DNA of 61,550 nucleotides, filler included. It is 5 parts of 5 records of this genome, joined end to end, with 100 filler letters (N's around TTAATTAATTAA, not from the genome) between each part and the next. Parts side by side here need not be neighbours in the genome. Positions count along the whole stretch, not along the records: positions 49,538 to 61,550 come from SRR31156797_72073; 4 more parts are not named here. The stretch is one strand, 5' to 3'. The position numbers and the translations under genes were made by a program. Positions 58,192 through 61,550 of this stretch are shown in pieces. The number at the start of each line of letters is the position of its first letter. The first letter of the stretch is position 1. The notes beneath the pieces are model-generated. The model did no database searches and was not told the DNA's origin. It saw only the letters and a list, made by a program, of their open reading frames with translations.

Positions 58192-60531
58192 TCACCCCTT
58201 GCCGTTTGACGTCGCGCGGGCCGCGGTCACGGCCTTAAGAATGCGTTCCGGCGTCGCCGGGGCGTGCAGTTGTGGAACATGGCCGGCAGGAGCCAGCGAA
58301 GTTACCGCGTCGCGCAACGCCAGCCAGATCGAGATCGCCAGCATCAACGGCGGTTCGCCGACGGCTTTCGATCGGAACACCGTCGCCACCTCGTTCGGGG
58401 TGTCGGCCAAAAGCTCGACGCGGAAATCCTTCGGCAGGTCGCGCCCGGTCGGGATCTTGTAGGTCGACGGCGCGTGGGTCAGCAATCGTCCGTCATCGTC
58501 CCATACCAGTTCCTCCAGGGTCAGCCATCCCAGGCCCTGGATGAAACCGCCTTCGATCTGGCCCTTGTCGATGGCCGGGTTCAAGGACGATCCGACGTCG
58601 TGCAGGATGTCCGTGCGCAAGGGTTTCCATTCGCCGCTCAGCGTGTCGATAGCGACTTCGGATACCGCCACGCCCTGGGCGTAATAGTAAAATGGGCTTC
58701 CCCTCATCGTTTTCAGGTCGAAATGAATGTCCGGCGTCCGGTAGTACCCGGTCGAGGAAAGCGAAACCCGGCTGGCGTAAGCCGTTTTGACGAGTTCGGC
58801 GAAGGTCATCGAACGGTTGCCGGCCCGCACGATGCCGTTGTCGAAAACGATCTCCTCCACACCGACGTTGAATCGTTCGGCGGCGACATCCGTAAGCCGT
58901 TGTTTGATCGTTTCCGCCGCCTGCAACGCCGCCATGCCGTTCATGTCGGATCCCGAACTTGCCGCCGTCGCCGATGTATTCGGGACCTTGTCGGTGGTCG
59001 TCGCCGTGATCTTGACCTGCTCCATCGGCACCGAGAAGACTTCCGCAACAACCTGCGCCACTTTGATGTAAAGGCCCTGACCCATTTCGGTGCCGCCGTG
59101 GTTGAGGCGGATCGACCCGTCGGTATAAACGTGAACCAGGGCGCCGGCCTGGTTCAGCTTGATCATGTTGAAGGAAATGCCGAATTTCACCGGCGACAGG
59201 GCAAGCCCCTTGCGGATGATCGGGCTCGTCGCATTGAAGGCGTCGACGGCGCGCCTACGCGCCGCATATTCCGATGAGGCGACGATCTGATCGACCATAT
59301 CGGGCAGGTGGAAATGTTCGATCCGTTGATGATACGGCGTCAGATCGCGCGCCGTACCGGGGCGATAGAAATTGCGCCGCCGCACTTCCAGCGGATCGAT
59401 CTTCAGGGTGCGCGCGATCTGATCGATCATCGCCTCGCCCCCGATCATGCCCTGCGGGCCGCCGAAACCGCGGAACGCGGTGTTGGACTGGCTGTTGGTC
59501 TTGCAGGCCAATCCCCGCAGCCGGACATGGGGATAATAGTACGCGCTGTCGGCGTGGCTGAGTGCGCGCGAGATAACGGCGGCCGACAGATCGACCGACC
59601 AGCCGCAACCGGCGGCCAAGTCCATGTCGACGGCGAGGATCCGCCCGTCCGCATTAACGCCAACCTTCCAGCGCAGCAGGAAATCGTGGCGCTTGCCGGT
59701 GACGATCATGTCGGTGTCGCGGTCGAGCCTTAGCTTCACCGGCCGCCCGGTTTTCCTTGCCAACAGGGCGGCGATGCCGGCGATCGGGGTGGCCTGGCTT
59801 TCCTTGCCGCCGAAGGCGCCGCCCATGCGCCGGACCTCGACGGTCACGGCGTTTTGCGGAATGTCCAGCAGGCGGGCGACGATGTGCTGGACCTCGCTCG
59901 GATGCTGGGTCGAACTCCAGACCATCATATCCCGGTCTTCCTGAGGGATGGCCAGGGCGACCTGGGTTTCCAGATAGAAATGATCCTGGCCGCCGACCTC
60001 CAACTCGCCTTCCAGAACGATCGGCGCGCCGGCCAGTTCGGTCTTTGCGTCACCCCGGTTCATCTCGACCGGCGCCTTCAGCCAGTGCTCGCTTTCATAA
60101 GCCTCGCGAACCGTTTTGACGGCGGCAAGCGGCTCGCCCTTGACGATCACGCTTTCCGCGGCGCGGCGGGCCAGGGCAGGGGTTTCGGCGGCAACAGCGG
60201 CCAACGGGTGGCCGACATATTCGGCCAGACCTTCCGGCAGCAGGGGTTCCTCGAAGGGCGCCTCGGCGATGTTGTTTTCACCTGGAATGTCGGCTTGCGT
60301 CACGGCGGCATGGACGCCGGGCAGGTCCAACGCCGGTCCGGCATCGATGTCGGTGACGCGGGCGTGGGCCCAGGGGCTGAGAACAAGATGGGCGTGCAGG
60401 CAGCCCTGCGGATCAGCCATATCATCCAGAAAGACCGCTTCACCGGTCGCATGTTTGATGGCGCTGTCGTGGGCAAGGGCGGCGCCGACGCGCACCGGGT
60501 TTTCGGAAGCCGGAGATTTGGCGCCGGTCAT
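58192..60531 (-). CDS. xdhB: Xanthine dehydrogenase molybdopterin subunit
   Basis: HDSA.KH, GGQDHFYLE, RMGGAFGGKE, TAFRGFGGPQG, SKAVGEPP. Confidence 0.93.
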   Translation of the reverse strand: MTGAKSPASENPVRVGAALAHDSAIKHATGEAVFLDDMADPQGCLHAHLVLSPWAHARVTDIDAGPALDLPGVHAAVTQADIPGENNIAEAPFEEPLLPEGLAEYVGHPLAAVAAETPALARRAAESVIVKGEPLAAVKTVREAYESEHWLKAPVEMNRGDAKTELAGAPIVLEGELEVGGQDHFYLETQVALAIPQEDRDMMVWSSTQHPSEVQHIVARLLDIPQNAVTVEVRRMGGAFGGKESQATPIAGIAALLARKTGRPVKLRLDRDTDMIVTGKRHDFLLRWKVGVNADGRILAVDMDLAAGCGWSVDLSAAVISRALSHADSAYYYPHVRLRGLACKTNSQSNTAFRGFGGPQGMIGGEAMIDQIARTLKIDPLEVRRRNFYRPGTARDLTPYHQRIEHFHLPDMVDQIVASSEYAARRRAVDAFNATSPIIRKGLALSPVKFGISFNMIKLNQAGALVHVYTDGSIRLNHGGTEMGQGLYIKVAQVVAEVFSVPMEQVKITATTTDKVPNTSATAASSGSDMNGMAALQAAETIKQRLTDVAAERFNVGVEEIVFDNGIVRAGNRSMTFAELVKTAYASRVSLSSTGYYRTPDIHFDLKTMRGSPFYYYAQGVAVSEVAIDTLSGEWKPLRTDILHDVGSSLNPAIDKGQIEGGFIQGLGWLTLEELVWDDDGRLLTHAPSTYKIPTGRDLPKDFRVELLADTPNEVATVFRSKAVGEPPLMLAISIWLALRDAVTSLAPAGHVPQLHAPATPERILKAVTAARATSNGKG

Positions 60532-61550
60532 GCCGCGTCCCCCAATGCATCCAGCGAATAGGGCACATCGTCCGGCCCGGCGGTTTCCCACCACAGGCGT
60601 TCCAACAAATTGACGCAAACGGTTTCGCGATAGTCGGCGCTGCCGCGCGCATCATCGATCGGGCTGACAGACTGCCGCACCGCCGAAGCCGCGGCCCGTG
60701 CGGTATCCAGCGTCCAGTCTCGGCCGGTCAAAGCCTCTTCGACCGCCGGCGCGCGCAGCGGCCGATCGGCGACCCCGCCGAAGGCAATGCGGGCGCGTTT
60801 TACTCGGCCGTCCGCGACATCGAGGGCGAAGGCGGCCGATGCCGCCGAGATGTCTTGGTCGACGCGCCGTGCGATCTTGTAGACGCGGAGAAGGCGTTCT
60901 GGTGGCGGCTTCGGTATACGCACGGCGGTAATGATCTCGCCGTCCCGCAGGACCGTCTGCCGGTAGCCGGTAATGAAAGTATCCAGCGGGATGGTCCGTC
61001 GTCCCTGCCGGGATGCGGTTTCCAATGTGGCGTCCAACGCGATCAACGGCGGCATCGTATCGCCGATCGGCGAAGCGTTGCCGATGTTGCCGCCGATCGT
61101 ACCCATGGCCCGGATCTGGGCGGCACCGATGCGCCGTACCATGTCGCCGAAAGACGGCGCCAGGCCGGAAATGGCGTCCAGGGCATCGGTATAGGGCACT
61201 GCCGCGCCGATGACGGTTTCGCCGTCGCTTGTCGAAATTTCGTGCAGGTCCGGCACACGGGCCAGCGACAGCACGCAGGCCGGTTCCTCGTGCCGTTTGG
61301 TCAGGCGCAGGCCCAAATCGGTGCCGCCGGCCAATATCCACGCATCGGGGTGGTCCTTGAGCACGGCCAGGGCGTCATCAAGGCCGTTCGGCGCTACGAA
61401 GCGTTGGCTGTTCACGCGGTAATCCAAAGGCTCGGTGCAGTCGGCGGCGAGGTCGGCTGCGATTTTGGCCTCGGCCGGGGTTGCCTCGATGAAGGGCAGG
61501 GCGCGGGCGGCTTCCAGGATCGGCCGATAGCCGGTGCAGCGGCACAGGTT
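60528..61550 (-). CDS. xdhA: Xanthine dehydrogenase Fe-S/FAD subunit (5' end beyond the window)
   Basis: NLCRCTGYRP at the window edge, AGGTDLGL, GTIGGNIGNASPIGD, DQDIS. Confidence 0.92.
   Translation of the reverse strand, partial: NLCRCTGYRPILEAARALPFIEATPAEAKIAADLAADCTEPLDYRVNSQRFVAPNGLDDALAVLKDHPDAWILAGGTDLGLRLTKRHEEPACVLSLARVPDLHEISTSDGETVIGAAVPYTDALDAISGLAPSFGDMVRRIGAAQIRAMGTIGGNIGNASPIGDTMPPLIALDATLETASRQGRRTIPLDTFITGYRQTVLRDGEIITAVRIPKPPPERLLRVYKIARRVDQDISAASAAFALDVADGRVKRARIAFGGVADRPLRAPAVEEALTGRDWTLDTARAAASAVRQSVSPIDDARGSADYRETVCVNLLERLWWETAGPDDVPYSLDALGDAA

Noticed and set aside
1-61550. CRISPR array, rRNA, transposase or integrase
   Set aside because: No regularly spaced repeats, rRNA-like sequence or recombinase ORF seen by eye

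Overview
The window is not one continuous locus. It is five contigs joined by 100-bp artificial linkers (N44-TTAATTAATTAA-N44 at 22653-22752, 37109-37208, 42377-42476 and 49438-49537), apparently from at least three lineages. (1) 1-22652, deltaproteobacterial-like: two operons flanking a large sigma-54 activator. Each has a -24/-12 box, an IHF-like site and paired 18-bp palindromic enhancers. They encode an uncharacterised anaerobic acyl-CoA catabolic system: two long nitroreductase-like paralogs, two coupled DUF2148-like Fe-S paralogs, DUF362, a SPASM radical SAM enzyme with a 55-aa upstream peptide, three SCP2-like proteins, a CoA ligase, a catalytically degenerate HMG-CoA-synthase-like protein, EtfAB, an ETF-linked membrane Fe-S oxidoreductase and an acyl-CoA dehydrogenase. 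A carboxyltransferase and partial sucC follow. (2) 22753-37108: tetraheme cytochrome c3 + rnfCDGEA without rnfB, rseC, a peptidase, a GAF kinase, an ABC exporter pair and DegV. (3) 37209-42376: csoR-like repressor + P1B ATPase, cardiolipin synthase, a split-Soret-type cytochrome and a partial sigma-54 activator. (4) 42477-49437, AT-rich and Bacteroidota-like: a DUF262+HEPN pair with integron-cassette-like ends, several intact or decayed toxin-antitoxin modules, a synonymously diverged duplicate of the era 3' end, era and a truncated tRNA. (5) 49538-61550, GC-rich and proteobacterial: a purine catabolism cluster in which an anaerobic-type Xdh/SsnA-like operon converges on aerobic-type xdhABC, a uraD-uraH fusion and puuD. 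All family calls are from motif recognition by eye; no database searches were run.
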